Shown here one piece after another: positions 25,333 to 48,552 of a DNA stretch of 63,997 bases. Position 1 is the stretch's first letter. Each line of letters opens with the position of its first letter. Origin of the DNA: Paraspadella gotoi. Its lineage: Eukaryota > Animalia > Chaetognatha. The DNA is taken from positions 18,810,631 through 18,874,627 of the forward strand of contig CM119263.1 of the NCBI GenBank assembly GCA_051294375.1. The letters run 5' to 3'. The position numbers and the translations under genes are program-made. The notes below the pieces were generated by a model. That model was not told where the DNA came from and did no database searches. It was given only the letters and a program-made list of their open reading frames with translations.

Positions 25333-25399
<67 letters not shown>

Positions 25400-25555
25400 T
25401 CTCTCCCATGGAATTCTGAATACACAAAATCCTCCCTGTGTCGAACCAGGAAAAAAAAAGTTAGGGAGGCATAAAAGGTTTTATGCCGTTCGTTTATCCT
25501 TTGGCCGCCAGTTAACGCCGGCGCAAATTTGCAATTTTCGGGCAAATATTTGAGA

Positions 25556-25695
25556 GCTGGCGGCTGGCGGCTGGCGGCTGGCGGCTGGCGGCTGGCGGCT
25601 GGCGGCTGGCGGCTGGCGGCTGGCGGCTGGCGGCTGGCGGCTGGCGGCTGGCGGCTGGCGGCTGGCGGCTGGCGGCTGGCGGCTGGCGGCTGGCG
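25556..25695. repeat. Perfect heptamer tandem repeat (GCTGGCG)x20
   Basis: Read directly; 140 bp. It explains the AGGWRLA/ASRQPPA repeats in the ORF track. Confidence 0.95.
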
Positions 25696-26175
25696 CTTAG
25701 GACCAGACGCGACAATGACGGTGAGAGAGTGCGACTACGTGAGGGAAACCGTTACGAGTCGATTATTTTTTCTTAAGAAGGGAAAAAGTCTATCGGAATA
25801 TCGAGAGATGAATGTTGATACGTGTCGAAAAAAAGAAATTGAACTAAGGATCCCTGAGAGCCGAAGAAAGAAATGGTTCGTGAATTGACATGTGATTCCT
25901 CACTTCGAAATTAAGGCTGATGCATCGCGGACTGTTACAGATATCAGAACAAAAAGTTCATCTGGCTCGAAAAGAGTTGAATATCAATTTTTACAATGTT
26001 TTACTAACTTTTTTCTAATGTTCAGTGACAAAGAGAATCCAATGGTTTTTTTTCTGATTTCGTGGACCCCGATGTGTATCTGTGCAATGCCCGACTACAT
26101 ATCGTTATAAATTTTTCTTTTCCTTTTACCTTCCGTTTTGCAGTTTTGAAAAAATGAGGAAAACAACGTGAGGAG

Positions 26176-26210
<35 letters not shown>

Positions 26211-26326
26211 TGATGATGATGACAGATTTTTCTCTTTCTTCGCCTTCGGGTCGCTAGTGCTGCTTCGAAACGAGAGGGGAACATGTTTTTCCATTTATGG
26301 AGGGCCAAGTGACCGGGAAATTCTCC

Positions 26327-26374
<48 letters not shown>

Positions 26375-27532
26375 ATTTTCCCTCCCTCTTTTGCTCCCCT
26401 AGTTATTTTTATATTTTTCCCCTTCGCATATATTTTTTCCCATTTTCTCCTCTCCTTTTTCACGATACAGAGAAAAGAATTCTTTCTTTTTTTTTTTGAG
26501 AAAAAGAATAATATTTTTTTCTGTTTTCCAATCTTGTTATGTAGTAATATTGGCAAAACTTGTTTTTTTTACAAGTAACTACTTAAACGTTAAAAATGAC
26601 AGTCACGAGTTTTAATACATCTAATGTGTGGTTCATGTTATTTATTTATTTCTGTAGAGAAACGAGGTCGTGATCGTCAAAGCAATCGTAGTTTCTTCTT
26701 CTCTCGCTACTGTTTGTTTTGTCGCTGTTGATTGCCACGTTTCCAAGACTTTTTTTTTCCCTTTAATTCTTTCTCTCCTTCTTCCTCTTTTTCTTTTTCT
26801 ATTCTTCTTCCTTCTTTTATATACGTCTTCTTCTCATTCTTCTTCCTCTCTTTGATCTTTTGCTGTGATGATGTTTTGCGACTGTAGTGGTTATGAGGGG
26901 CGATAACCACACGGACACATAATGACGATGATGATGATGATGAAAATGGAGATTATGGACCGACTATTGCTGCTGTTCCGGTTGACACTCGGAATGTAGC
27001 GGATATATTGACGTTTATCAAAGTAATTTGACGAAACATGTTGACGATGTCAAGCTTTTTTTTATCGATTGATGATGGTTAGAAAACCGAGGATGATGAC
27101 GACCACGATGATGACGATAACAATATGTCTCTGACTCCGTTTTCAATCTTTATCCATATTCGCCCGTCGCTGGGGATTGAAACCCAGATTCGCCGAAGCA
27201 AAAAAATGAAATTTAGAAAAAAAAACTTCGATTTCATATTCAAAAGACAACTTTTTAAAGATTTTTTCCATTTACTTTTTTTTAGTCGCCTGATGTTTTT
27301 TTAGACGAGGGAGAGTTGGGCGCGAAAAATAGGGAGAGACCGGACAGCGGAGAGGGAAGGAATGAGAAAGAGGAAAGAAGTAAGGTAGGGTGAGGCGCAA
27401 AGGAGGAAAAGAGGAGTGGGTAAGGGCTCAGCTGTTTATGGTGAGTTTGGAAATAGGCTGTGATGGGATAGAGAAGAAAGGGGAAGAAGGGAGATGAGAA
27501 AGAATTTTGAAAGAGGCGTGGGAATCTAAAAA

Positions 27533-27654
<122 letters not shown>

Positions 27655-28435
27655 TCGCGTCCCAGAGTAAATGGAATGAAAAGTTGAAAAGAGTGACATG
27701 ATCGAACCATTTCTCCTCCTTTCTAAAAAAAAAATTCTCTTTTCAATTTTTTCATTTTATTTTTTTTCCCAGAGTAGATATTTTTTTTTCTCTTTCTTTC
27801 TTTCTTTCTTTCTTTCTNNNNNNNNNNNNNNNNNNNNNNNNTTCTTTCTTTCTTTCTTTCTTTCTCTTTTTCTTTCTTTCTCTCTTCCTTTCTTTCTTTC
27901 TTTCTTTTTTTTTCATTTTTCTTTCATACTCTGACGACAATTATTGACAAAAGCGACTCCAACCATTAAAATAGAAAAACGCCCGCGTTCGCGAATGACC
28001 CCAACGCTTCTCTCCGACGCACGCGACGTCGAGAGAGAGATTCCCAGTTTCGCGTCGCCAAACTCGCGCGGGTTTTTCTCAGGAGATTCCCCGCGATTCG
28101 CCGCCGAGCAACGAAAAACTCATTTGCATATTCCGGTCTCGGGAAAATCGGTTCTCTTCGTCGATTTGGAAGCCGCTGGGTTTTTTCCCCTCCTGTTGTG
28201 GTGGGTGAGTGAGAATGACACGTTGTGAAGGCGTGGGCGGAGTGGTGGAGGCGGCTGCTCTCTGTCGAGGGAGAGGGTGGATTGAGTAAGAGGAGGAGGA
28301 GGAGGAGGAGGAGGAGGAAGAGGATGAGAAATTCGGGGAGATAATAAAACTTTTTTCGCCCACGTCTCCTCGCGGGACAGAATGTCATCTTCCGGGGAGA
28401 AAAAAATAAAATTTAGAGAGAGAGAGAGAAGAGAG

Positions 28436-28479
<44 letters not shown>

Positions 28480-28787
28480 AGAGAGACGAGGAGAGAAGAG
28501 AGAGAAGATTGAATTAAATTGAAAATATAATTTTGGAGCTTTAGGGCCGCTTTTAAGAGAGAGAGAGAGTAGAAAAAAAAGAGTAAAAATCTGCCTCTCT
28601 GACTTACTAAAATTAACCGCTTCGTAGATTTATTAAGCATAATTATTAAGCGGGAGCAATAATTTTGCATGTTATGTGTATGATCGAAAAAAAATTGTAC
28701 ATTTAATTTTAAAGTTTCAAATTACAACTGCTGGGTTGTTATTTTCAACAACAAAGAGGTAATTACCTCAACATATTTTTTAAATAT

Positions 28788-37865
<9,078 letters not shown>

Positions 37866-38206
37866 CATAAAACAATCCTCCGGATGAATCCCCTCTCATT
37901 TTTTCCTCAACGATCGGGTCTCTCATTGTTTTCGACGGCAAAGGATTGCGAAAATCATCGAAATTCCATTAATGGAATCGAATATCCGTCGCTTCGAGGT
38001 TCGGCGGGCGTGGACGGACGGAAGGGGCAAGTGAGGGGGGGGGATTCATCGGTTGTGAGAATGAAAAATTCACGAAACCGAAAATTCCACGACTTTATGT
38101 TTTATATGTTAAAAAGTAAAAAAGAAAAATGTGGCTATCAGTTGATTTGTAAAATGCTAAATGGTGATTTGTAAAAAAAAANNNNNNNNNNNNNNNNNNN
38201 NNNNNN

Positions 38207-38621
38207 GGGGGAAAATGGAAAGAAAAAAGAAAGAAAGGTAGTTACTTACTTAGGATCCTTGATTCTAATGATTTTGTATTAACAAGATTTAACTTCATTC
38301 AAGGTTTAACTTCTTTCCATCAATTTGTTTTTTTTTTTAAATTTGCTAAAAAATATACATTTCTCAGCCTAGATCACTGACTTAGTGGCTGACGCCACAC
38401 GGGAAGTTATATATATTACTAATATGATTAATCTTTTCAATATTTTTTTCATATTTCCTTTCCTCCTCATCTCGTTTCGTCTCGTTTTCCTCCCCCTTTC
38501 CTTCTTCATACGGACGGTCCCTCCTCTTTCTTCCCTTCCACCATCTTAATCATGAAGGATTTCTCAAAATATTTTGAAATCGGCATCGTCTTCAGCCTCT
38601 CTCATCTCTCTCTCTCTCTCT
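38207..38621 (+). repeat. Extra inverted copy of ~36100-36515 between two 25-N gaps
   Basis: ggggaaaatggaaagaaaaaagaaagaaaggtagttact...tcactgacttagtggctgacgccacacgggaag is the reverse complement of ~36317-36515. Confidence 0.9.
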
Positions 38622-38646
38622 NNNNNNNNNNNNNNNNNNNNNNNNN

Positions 38647-41097
38647 CGCGCAGGGAGAAGAAAGAGACAGCAGTATACCGAGAAAAGGACGAGAGGAAAG
38701 AAAAAAAAAAGAATTAAAATATAATAATAAAAACGAACAATAGCGCACGAAAAAAAGATCACACAAAGAAATCAAAAAAACAAACAAACAAAAAAGAACG
38801 AATAATACCACAAGAAGAAAGGCCAAGAAAGAAAAAAAACAAAAAAAGATAAAGTGGAAGAAAGAAAAGCTAAGCAAAAGAATCAAAGACAATAAAGAAA
38901 AAAAGAAAGAAAGAAATAAAACGAAAGGCAAGGTGGGTTCTCGGGAAGAGAATTACTTGTATGATCTAGTAAGTTATCCAACATTTATACGAGCTGCCCG
39001 TCATCTACGTGAATTTATATGAATCTGAGAACTTATAAATTACATACAATCCTTGGAAACTATTATACCGCGTTACCCGCCTCGGGCATACTTTTCTCAG
39101 AACCTTATATGCGTAAACACCTACTTTAACTCTATAAAATGCAGCTGAGCACGAATAAACTAAAAAAAAAATCAATATCATGTGTTTTGAAGATGTAAGA
39201 CATCCGACCCGCCGAGGGATTGTCAAAAAAAATTTGATGGAGAAATTTGTGCAGACCCACAAGACGAGAGAGACTGGAGAGGAGAGGAGAGATTGACTGA
39301 GAGAGGAGGAGAGGAGAAGACGGACGACTGAGCGAGACGAGTAAGGGAGAGAGAGAGAACTGAAAAAAGAAAAAGAGAACGTTGATGTTCTTCCCTTGCG
39401 GCGCCTGTTTTGTTCTTTTTATGCATCACCCCTTTCTTCAGACGAGAGATTGATAGAGAAAACTAAACCGAAATAATGGAATATGGAAGAAGAAAGTTAG
39501 AGGGGAGAAAAAAACGCACGAGGGAGGCCGAGAAATGGGAAAAAGGCGTTACAATAAAAAAGACGGAGAGACGGTAGAAGGGAGCAGACGGTGGAACAAA
39601 ATAAGCGAAGGGGGTTTAAAGAAAAAAAGCACGAGAGGCAGGACACAGGAAATTTAATTGCGGAGAAAGGCACAGAAGAGCCCGTTGGGAAAAAAGATGC
39701 GGAAAAGAAAGGAACGGCAAAAAGAGAAGTAAAAAAATAAAAAAAGTTAACATATTGGAGGAGACGGCGCGAGAAAAAAAAAGGAGGAAAGATAAAAAGT
39801 AAAGAAGGAGATGATCCTAGAAATTAAACAGTACATATGAAGGACCAGCTGGCGGCAAAGAACAAAAAAAGGAGGCGATGAGAAAAAAAATATGAGGAAA
39901 GCGAAAAGGGGTTTCCCGGCGACGAGGAACTATTTGAAAAAGTTAAAACGGAATGAAGTGAAGATGCCGAGAAAACAATTTTAGGAGGTAGGAGGTAAGA
40001 ATAAAAAAAAAGGATAGAGACGAAAATAGAAAAAGAAGGAGGCTTAAAGCATGGCCGTAAGGAGAAAATGAAAAGCAGGACAAGGGGCCAACGAAAAAGA
40101 AAGCATCAAGATTGGAAGAAGTTTAGGTTAGCCACTCCGACTCGACGAGAATGCCTCCGACAAACTCTTACACGCAAAACTGCAGAAACACATAGCCTGA
40201 GACGGTCGACCTCGCTAGCAAACATCCACAACACATTCGCACCCTTGTCACACACAGAAGGTCCGGAACTGGTCTATGCGGCGTCCATGCATGCGACCAC
40301 AGCACCATAACATACATCCCACTCCTACCCCAATCAGCCCAGCCATGAGCAGCAAGACATGGAAAAAGGCGCTGGAACAAATGGATAAAGAAAAAAAAGC
40401 CAGAAAGATCAAGCAGCGTACGCATACATCTAACCCATCACCTTAGCAGACACTCCTACTACTGACTATCCTCTAACAGTCAATCTACTCAGCGCTAACA
40501 ACGCACATTTACACACACATCACCGACATCTTACATCATCCACATCACTTCAACCGCTCTATCAACCTTCACAACGCACAAACTCTTCTCCACCATACAA
40601 ATCCACCCACCACTCTATGACTTCTTATTTATTTCTACACACTCATAGCCAGTAAACAAAAACAACCTACTACCATCTTCTCAACGGCACCACCTAAGCC
40701 CTATCCGACCCGCACCTTACGTGGCACTGACCGCCACCACGGCTGAATCATCAGCTACTACATACAACTAATAATACCTCAACACTACATGCATTACAAC
40801 TTCACCACTCCTCCTCACATAAACACACTATCATCTCATCCAACCTCATCACTTTACTTTCCTACCATCAAGCTCCTCAGCGCTACGTCCTCCGTCGTCT
40901 CTCCCTCCCCTCCTTCACCTCTCCTACCCATCAACCGCGGCACACCCACACACACGACGTCAACAACACTACCACTCCTCCTCTACCTTCCCTTGTCTCC
41001 ACACTCGTAATATGAATATCCAAAAATCTATCTGACCACATCGGCATCGCTCTTCAGCCTCATCTCTATCTCTCCTCTCTCCTCTCTTGCTTCTATT

Positions 41098-41134
<37 letters not shown>

Positions 41135-41191
41135 TTCTCTCCTCTCTCTCTCTCTCCTCTCTTCTTCTCTCTCTCTCCTTCTCTGCTCTCA

Positions 41192-41228
<37 letters not shown>

Positions 41229-42816
41229 GTCCCAAAACCATAAAATAAACTTTTCGCTTGCGGACAGCCACAAATGCCCGTACAACCCCGATTCTTCGCT
41301 CGCTGCAGCCAACACCAGAACACATTTTACAGAATGCACTTGAGCAACGAGACTGCGTCTAAATTTATACTACGAAATAATCAACGTATTGCTTCTTCTC
41401 TCATCCTACATCGGCGCCAACTGGCGACAGCTTGCTACATTCTCCGTAAATTTCTTCCTCCGCTTGCTTCCTCCGCTTGCTTCCATCGCTTGCTTCCGCG
41501 TCAACTCTCTTCCTCCAGCGATCGTTTTTCGCAGTAAAAAAAGCGAAAGTCGAATACTGGGGAGTTTTTTTTTCCCTACTTAACTGGCGAGCGGCGGGCG
41601 CGAGTTTGCCACCTGCGTTGGGAGGGAGAAAAAAAAAAGGTGAAAAGAATTGAAAGGGAATCACGTCGACGAACTTATTTACTTNNNNNNNNNNNNNNNN
41701 NNNNNNNNNNNNNNNNNNNNNNNNNNNNNNNNNNNNNNNNNNNNNNNNNNNNNNNNNNNNNNNNNNNNNNNNNNNNNNNNNNNNNNNNNNNNNNNNNNNN
41801 NNNNNNNNNNNNNNNNNNNNNNNNNNNNNNNNNNNNNNNNNNNNNNNNNNNNNNNNNNNNNNNNNNNNNNNNNNNNNNNNNNNNNNNNNNNNNNNNNNNN
41901 NGCTTGTTATAAGAAAAAAATCTTTATTGATAAAATTAAGCAATATCATGTGCGAGGAGTAATTTATCATCTCAAAGTTTTAAAAAAAAAACTTTTTAGT
42001 TTTCGTTAAAACCGAAAAAAAAATATGTTTCCTTGTTTTTCGGTTGACGAAGCGAAACTTTCGTTTCCATGGCAACGCCAGCCACTTTCCTCGCGTCTTT
42101 TTCTTTTTCTTCTTTTCATCCTTTCTTTTTTCTCTTCATCACTTCTTTTCTTTACAAAACTTCACTTACGCGGTTTTTATATTCCTTATCCTTCTTTATC
42201 TTTTATCTTCTTTCTTGCTTCACATATTTTATTTTCGCTGTCTCATCGCATTTCCCCTCTCTCTAAACTCAGAATTTTACCTCCTTCTTTTTCACACGTT
42301 CTCCCATCGGGCGCTTCATCGATTCTCATCTTTCGCTGCCTTTTTTCCTTTCACATACTTTTTTTTCGTTTATTTTCTCCTCCCCTCTCTTTTGCTTTGT
42401 ATGGTGAAGCGTCACAAGCAATTCCCCATCGAGTAGATGGCATTAATTGAATTTCAGCGACTCTTTTACTCATCCTACCCTGATTACTCTTATTATTACT
42501 ATAATCTAAGTTTTCAAAATGTGGATTGTGGAAAGCGTCATTTAGCATTACAATAAATTTCCCTTATCGTTGATTACGTTTGAGTTAAACTTTTCTTTTA
42601 AAAGAGAAAAAAGAGAAAGACTTGGACATCTAAAAAAAGAGAAGGACTTGGACATTTAAGCAGATTCTCTGCCGAGGTTTCCCAGTTTAGTTGTTAACTT
42701 TTTTTTTCGTTTGGGCAAACTAAAAAAAAAATATTCGTCACACACTTTTTCGTGGAGAATATCGGAAAAACCGGGAAGAAGAGAGAGGATGGAAGGAAAC
42801 GAGCGAAAAAAGAAAG

Positions 42817-42895
<79 letters not shown>

Positions 42896-43361
42896 ATTTT
42901 TGGTGTAAACCTAATTCAGTTTTCTTCTCTCCTTTTCATTTTCTAGGTTTTTCGTAAAAGAAAAAAAAATAATTAAACTATCCGCGCTTTTTTTTTAAAT
43001 TAAAAAAAAAAGTCATCGCCATCGAGATTTACTGAAACTTCGAAACATATCTTGCTAAGTTTTGTACAACCTTGCCTCAATTAAATCTCATATCTGCTTA
43101 ATACGCATATCTACCACTTCTCTCAACATATCAGCCCTCAGTTCTTTTTCCACATTTTTCTCCGTTTTCCTCCTCTTCTCCTCCATTTCGGAAACTCGAT
43201 ATCGAAATGGATAAGAAACTCAAATTGCAGGGAAAAAGAAAGAAAACTTTTTAAGAAAAAAAAAGAACGAAATCCTTAATAAAAATAAGTCATTCTTCCA
43301 CCGACGGTCCAACATCGATTTCATGAATCATTGAAGTCCCATAAGGATCATCTCTGCGGTT

Positions 43362-43438
<77 letters not shown>

Positions 43439-43743
43439 TCTCTCTCTCTCTCTCTCTCTCTTCTCTCTTCTTATGTTCGAAGGAACAAGAAACAAACAAA
43501 GAAATCGAAAAGGAGGCCATCAAAAAAATTCTTCTGTGCTTCATTCCCCGTTTCCCCCGTTACGTCATTCGGACCTAAAACTTGAAAACAATTTCGATCG
43601 ACGACGTAAACAAAAACAGAAACAAGGAAAACGACGCAAGTGACTGAAAGTACGAACGCGAGTACGCGATCAACTGAACAGTCATCGTTCTGAGCGGAAT
43701 TTCGCAACGTAATTTGGATACGTTAAGGAAAAAGACAAAGAAA

Positions 43744-43790
<47 letters not shown>

Positions 43791-46700
43791 CTTCAAACCG
43801 ACGACGTCGGCGCCAACGACCCCGATCTCGGTTCTGCATTCGAATCTCTTAAATTTTCCCCTCGAATCCGAAAATGGAAACAACCTCGGCTTTCCCGACT
43901 CGTCTCCACGAGGCTTCGTTCCGTGGAGTGACGAACGAGCGTCGCTGTGTCGACGGCGCGGCGGCGGCGACGGCGGCGACAGCGGCGGCGGCGAAAGGAC
44001 GCAATCCCGTCGGGGCGTCATTGGGGAAACAAAGCGTTCCCGAGAGAGACGCCGCTCGGTGGAGGAATGGCGGCGGCGTCCCCGGCGGCGGTAGCGGTGG
44101 CGGCGTTTACGTCGCGTCATCGTCTCGTCCTTTCGGTTTTACTCTTTTCTCAGCCTTTTCCTCCTCTTCCTCCCATCCTTTACCTTCCTTTCCTCCTCCA
44201 TTTCCCTCCCTCTCCCCTTTCTCCTCCTTCCCCTCTTCCCGCCAAAACCTCTCCCCTTCGCCCCCGTCACCGACTTCCGCCCGAAAAAGAGCGGCTACGG
44301 CGGCGTCGACCGGCGCTTCTCAGCGTCACGTCCCCGGAAACGCCGCCACGCCTACTTCCGGTTTCCAGGGCGGCTTCGACGGCGGAGCCGCGCGGATCCA
44401 GGGTCGCGATAAAAAGAGCAAAACAACAAAAACGAATGCGAAAGGAAATGGAGGCGGAGCGGGTGGAAGTGGGGAGGAGGAGGTGGAGGAGGAGGAGGAG
44501 GAGGAAGAGGAAGAGGAGAAGGAGAAGGAAAATGACGAAGTCAGCCTCAACACCATCGAATACAGTAACTATGTCATCAAGAGAAATGGAGTTTACGACG
44601 ACCCCTGCCTGAGCGAATGGTACTGTATCGCCGACGACGACGACGACGACGCGGAAGTTAGAAATGTCGACGAACGAGATTCGTTCGCCTCCGACCAGAA
44701 AAAAAGCCCAAAATGTAATGGAAACGATGAACGGAATGACGTCAGCGACGAACGGATGAAGGAAGAATCATTCGCCAGCGACGATCGCCGCATTTCCGGA
44801 GACGAACCGCGACGAAAACCAATTTCCTTTTCGATCTCGGTCGAACACGAACGCGAGCGTGGCGCGCGTGAAAAACCGCTCCCAGCGAGGACGGCGACAA
44901 ATTCGATTGACGACGTTAAACCTCACGCAGGTAATGAACCGGCGACCAGCGCCGCTCACGCCGCGGCCGACGCGACGGGAGCCGCGTGCGCCGCTTTCGC
45001 CCTCGCGCGCATTCCAGTCACGAAGGGGCGAACGATGTCACCGGTAATCAGCGTGGAGGACGACCGTTTGAATCGTTGGCGTCGTTGGCGTCGTCCACGT
45101 CATCGTCGTCGTTTCTCCTACCGCGTCATCGACGAAATCGGATTTCCGTCGATTCGCCGACGCCGTCTCCCTTTTATCTCCCGCAAAAAAAGCCGGTTTA
45201 TCTTCGCCGAGAAGAATCGGCGCCGGTTTATCTTTTCTCGATTCGTCGCCGGAAGGGCGGCGTCGGCGTCGCTGATCGGCGTCGGTCCGACGAGGCGGCG
45301 CCGTAAATCGACGCCGCGAGAAAACAAAGGAAAGAAGCGAAATAAACAGACGGCGTCGCCGCCGGATTTTCGCCGACTCGATCCTTCGACCCGCGACGCC
45401 GTTTATTTTCCTGGCGCGATCCGCCGCTCCATCGACGCCGAGAAATTCGCGCGCCGCTCCAGCGACCGAGGATCGACCCCCCTGCGTTTTCGTCGGAGAG
45501 AATTTCTCCTCTTTACAAAGGATTTTCGTCGTCGTTCCTATCGGGTTTTTCCCCGCTCCTCCATAAACCTTCGCCACGCCCAATCGTATCTTCGCCGCGC
45601 CCATTTGGATCTTCGCCTCTCCAGTTTACACCTTCGCCGATCCCATTTTGATCTTCGCCGCTCGCCCCAGGATATTCGCCGCCCCAGCGTCGGATTTCGC
45701 CGCCCGGTTCTCTATTTCCTTTCGACCACGACCGTAATTTCCGCCGAATCCGTCCTCGTCGATCGCTCCTCGTTCTCTTCCCCTTCCTCTCTCACTCCCT
45801 CCTCCTCTGCCACTACCTCTCCAAGCTCTTTTCCCCCTTCCTCCTCATTTTCCGGTTTTTTATCCATCTCCCCTCAAGTTCTCTCCCCGATCCGTCGTTT
45901 TAACAATTTCTCGTCGACTCTTTCGCGCAAAGTTTCAACCCTAACAAGCCCAACCCTTGAGCGCCCCACTGCCGCGCGCCCCGCCGATGCGCGCCCTGAC
46001 GCCGCGCGCCCTGCCGCGCGTCCTCGGGGTCAAAATGGCGCCGAACTTCGACCCCGAAGACAGGAAATGAAAATCAATCCGGTCGACGGAAAAGAGGACG
46101 ACGAAAACGACATCGACGAACGCATAAACCCGGAATCGCGTCGCCCAAACGTCTTTAGATCCGAGGAATCTTCGTCGACGATAACGACGACGACGACGAC
46201 GACGATGAAAGACGAAAAAAGTACGGATTACAATGGATTTAAAGGCGACGAAAGAGGAGAAGAAAGTAAACAGAAGAAAGACGATAAAAACGAGGACGAC
46301 CAAAAAGACGACCTGATGGAAGGCGACGTCGAAAATGGCGAAGAAGACGACGACGATAAAGACGACGACGACGACGAAGACCCCCCTCTTCCCCTCGCTG
46401 AAAGAGGCGTGGCCGACGAGCGAATAAATCATATCTCCGCCGCCAAAATACCATCGGATGATCCAGAGAAAGAATTAATTTGTCAATGGCGGCGCCGACA
46501 ACGCCGACGCCGTCTCCGTTCCCGCTTCCGGCGCCAACGACGCCGCGGTTGGCGCTCTACGCCATCTGGCTTTGAAAGTCCTAAACGAGGCCGGAGACGA
46601 GGGGTCGGGAGGGAGGAAGAAGGGGAGGAAGGAGGAGAAGAAGAAGAAGATGAGAGGAAAAGGAAGGAGGAACCGGAAGAAGCGTCGCGACCTCTAAGCG

Positions 46701-47184
46701 GCGCGAGGACGTCGCCGCTGATCGGTCGGTGGCGCCGACTTTTTCGAGATTGCAGTGACTCTCGTGGCAGAAAAGGAAATTGTTTAGACGCCGTAAACAA
46801 AAGGAAGGCTGCGAACGACGACGACGAAGACGACTCGGTCGACGCTGAAGACGACGTCAAAAGCGAAGAGTCAATATCCGGAGCTGTCAACGCCGGTCCC
46901 TCCGAAACTTTGTCCAATATCCTCCCAAAGACGACGCCAGGCGAGGACGCCCGGACGACGACGACGACGACAACGACGGAGCCCGACGCTAGCGAAATCA
47001 ATAAAAGGCGCGAAATGGAGTTCACGCTTACAACGACCTCGAAAGGAAAATATAATGCCGAGTCACGTGACGATACACATGACGCGACACGCCACGCGTC
47101 ACGGTACGTAATAGCGAAAGAGTCACGCGTCGTGGCAAGAGAAAGAAAGAGGCGGGAGGACGACGATGGAGACGACGACGAACA

Positions 47185-47221
<37 letters not shown>

Positions 47222-48552
47222 AGCGTCTGCGGAAATTTAGGACCGAAATGGAAATTGAGTTTTTTGGGAAAAGAAAGAAAAAGAAAATCCGGGAAAATAA
47301 GCGACGATGACGACGACGACTATGACGCAGAAGAAAACAACTTCGTCATCGTGGACTCGCGCGGATGCGGCAGTAAAATCATCGGCTGCTGCAGCCGCCG
47401 CATCTCTCCGGCCATAATGGAATCGCAGTTGGAAATCTATAAAAACATCAAGGTCGCGAACGATGACGACAACGAGGAATGCAATCCCCTCTGGAAATGC
47501 AGCTACGAAATCCAATTCGACTGTGGCAACAAAGACGAAAAATATCGGGTCGGTCGCGGCGACGGGACTGACAGCAGCGGCTGCATTGGCAGCAGCAGCA
47601 GCGGCGGGAGGGCTAAAAACGACGCCGAACTCGAAGCAAAAGACTTTGAATTCTTTTCAAGGAAAGAAAACGACGCCGATCTTTTTAAGAGCGCGCCGCC
47701 CTCAACCCCGGCGCCGAACGAGGGTAGCGCCCGTGGCGAAGGGGCGCCCGAAAAGGGTCAAGGGCGCCGGGGACTCGAAAGGCGGGCGCGGTTCGTTAAA
47801 CCCATCGACGACGACGATAACGACCAAAATGTTGTCCGGGACTTTCGCCACGAAACTCGAAGTAGTTACGAAGATTACAAAGATTATAGTAGCGGAGCGA
47901 GCAAGAATTACCGGAGCAGCGAGCGCGTGGATTACAGGAGCGGCGGATGTCGTCGTTCGCGGGGAGAAACGAGGCGTCGAGAAGCCAAAGTAAAGTCGAC
48001 GCCGTGGATTTTGGCGGCGACTTTGATGTTTCATCTCTTCGGATTCGCCGTCGTTGAGGGTGAGTTCGCTTTTTGTTCGCTTTTTGTTCGCTTTTTGTTC
48101 GCTTTATGTTCGTCTGCTGTTCGCCATTTTTTTTTGTTTTTGCTTTGAGCCGTTCGTTTGTCCTTGGTTCGATTTTGATTTTTGATTTTTGATGGATGAG
48201 GTATTATTGTGAATCTGTTTTTGGATTGCTTGAATCTCCTTTTACCTGTTTTTGGAATTCATGTCAGTTCCGCTTTCTTTGGACGGCCTCATTTTCTAAA
48301 TCCCTGACCTTCCTCCAATCTGTCCCTTTTCCTTTGACATCACCATTTCCCCAACTCTCCTCTCCATCCACAACTTCCCATTTACCATTATTCTCTTCCT
48401 CCACCGAGCGTGAGATTCACGTCTCTCGTCATTACGGATCACGCGGCGACGTCTCACGTGATTTAGAGTCTCTTTTGTTACGATCCCAATCCCGCCGTAA
48501 CCCGCTCCGTTGCGAATCTCGAGGTGACCGTATTCATTCCGAATCTCACCAT
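38647..48552 (+). repeat. Right arm of the inverted duplication; 38647 to ~41000 is heavily degraded, read-like sequence
   Basis: Colinear reverse complement of the left arm. Identity decays strongly at ~39400-41000 and recovers after ~41000. N gap at 41685-41901. Confidence 0.93.
43874..48059 (+). CDS. Candidate very large coding exon: D/E/S/R-rich low-complexity protein ending in a signal-peptide- or TM-like segment; product unknown
   Basis: The 1424-codon ORF (43874-48148) is the only long ORF in the window and lies in a GC-rich island. It ends ..RRREAKVKSTPWILAATLMFHLFGFAVVEG followed by GAGG/GTGAGT (donor at 48060, phase 1), after which the sequence becomes T-rich with 11-bp repeats. 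The internal frame is unreliable (the mirror copy differs by many indels) and the ATG is not conserved in the mirror copy. Confidence 0.45.

Noticed and set aside
25556-25695. CRISPR array, telomere repeat or Chi-site cluster
   Set aside because: No spacers, eukaryotic context, internal position, and the unit GCTGGCG is not the Chi sequence GCTGGTGG.
39400-41000. Apparently novel C/A-rich unique sequence with small ORFs
   Set aside because: It is a badly degraded reverse complement of ~36150-37150, consistent with low-quality single-read sequence.
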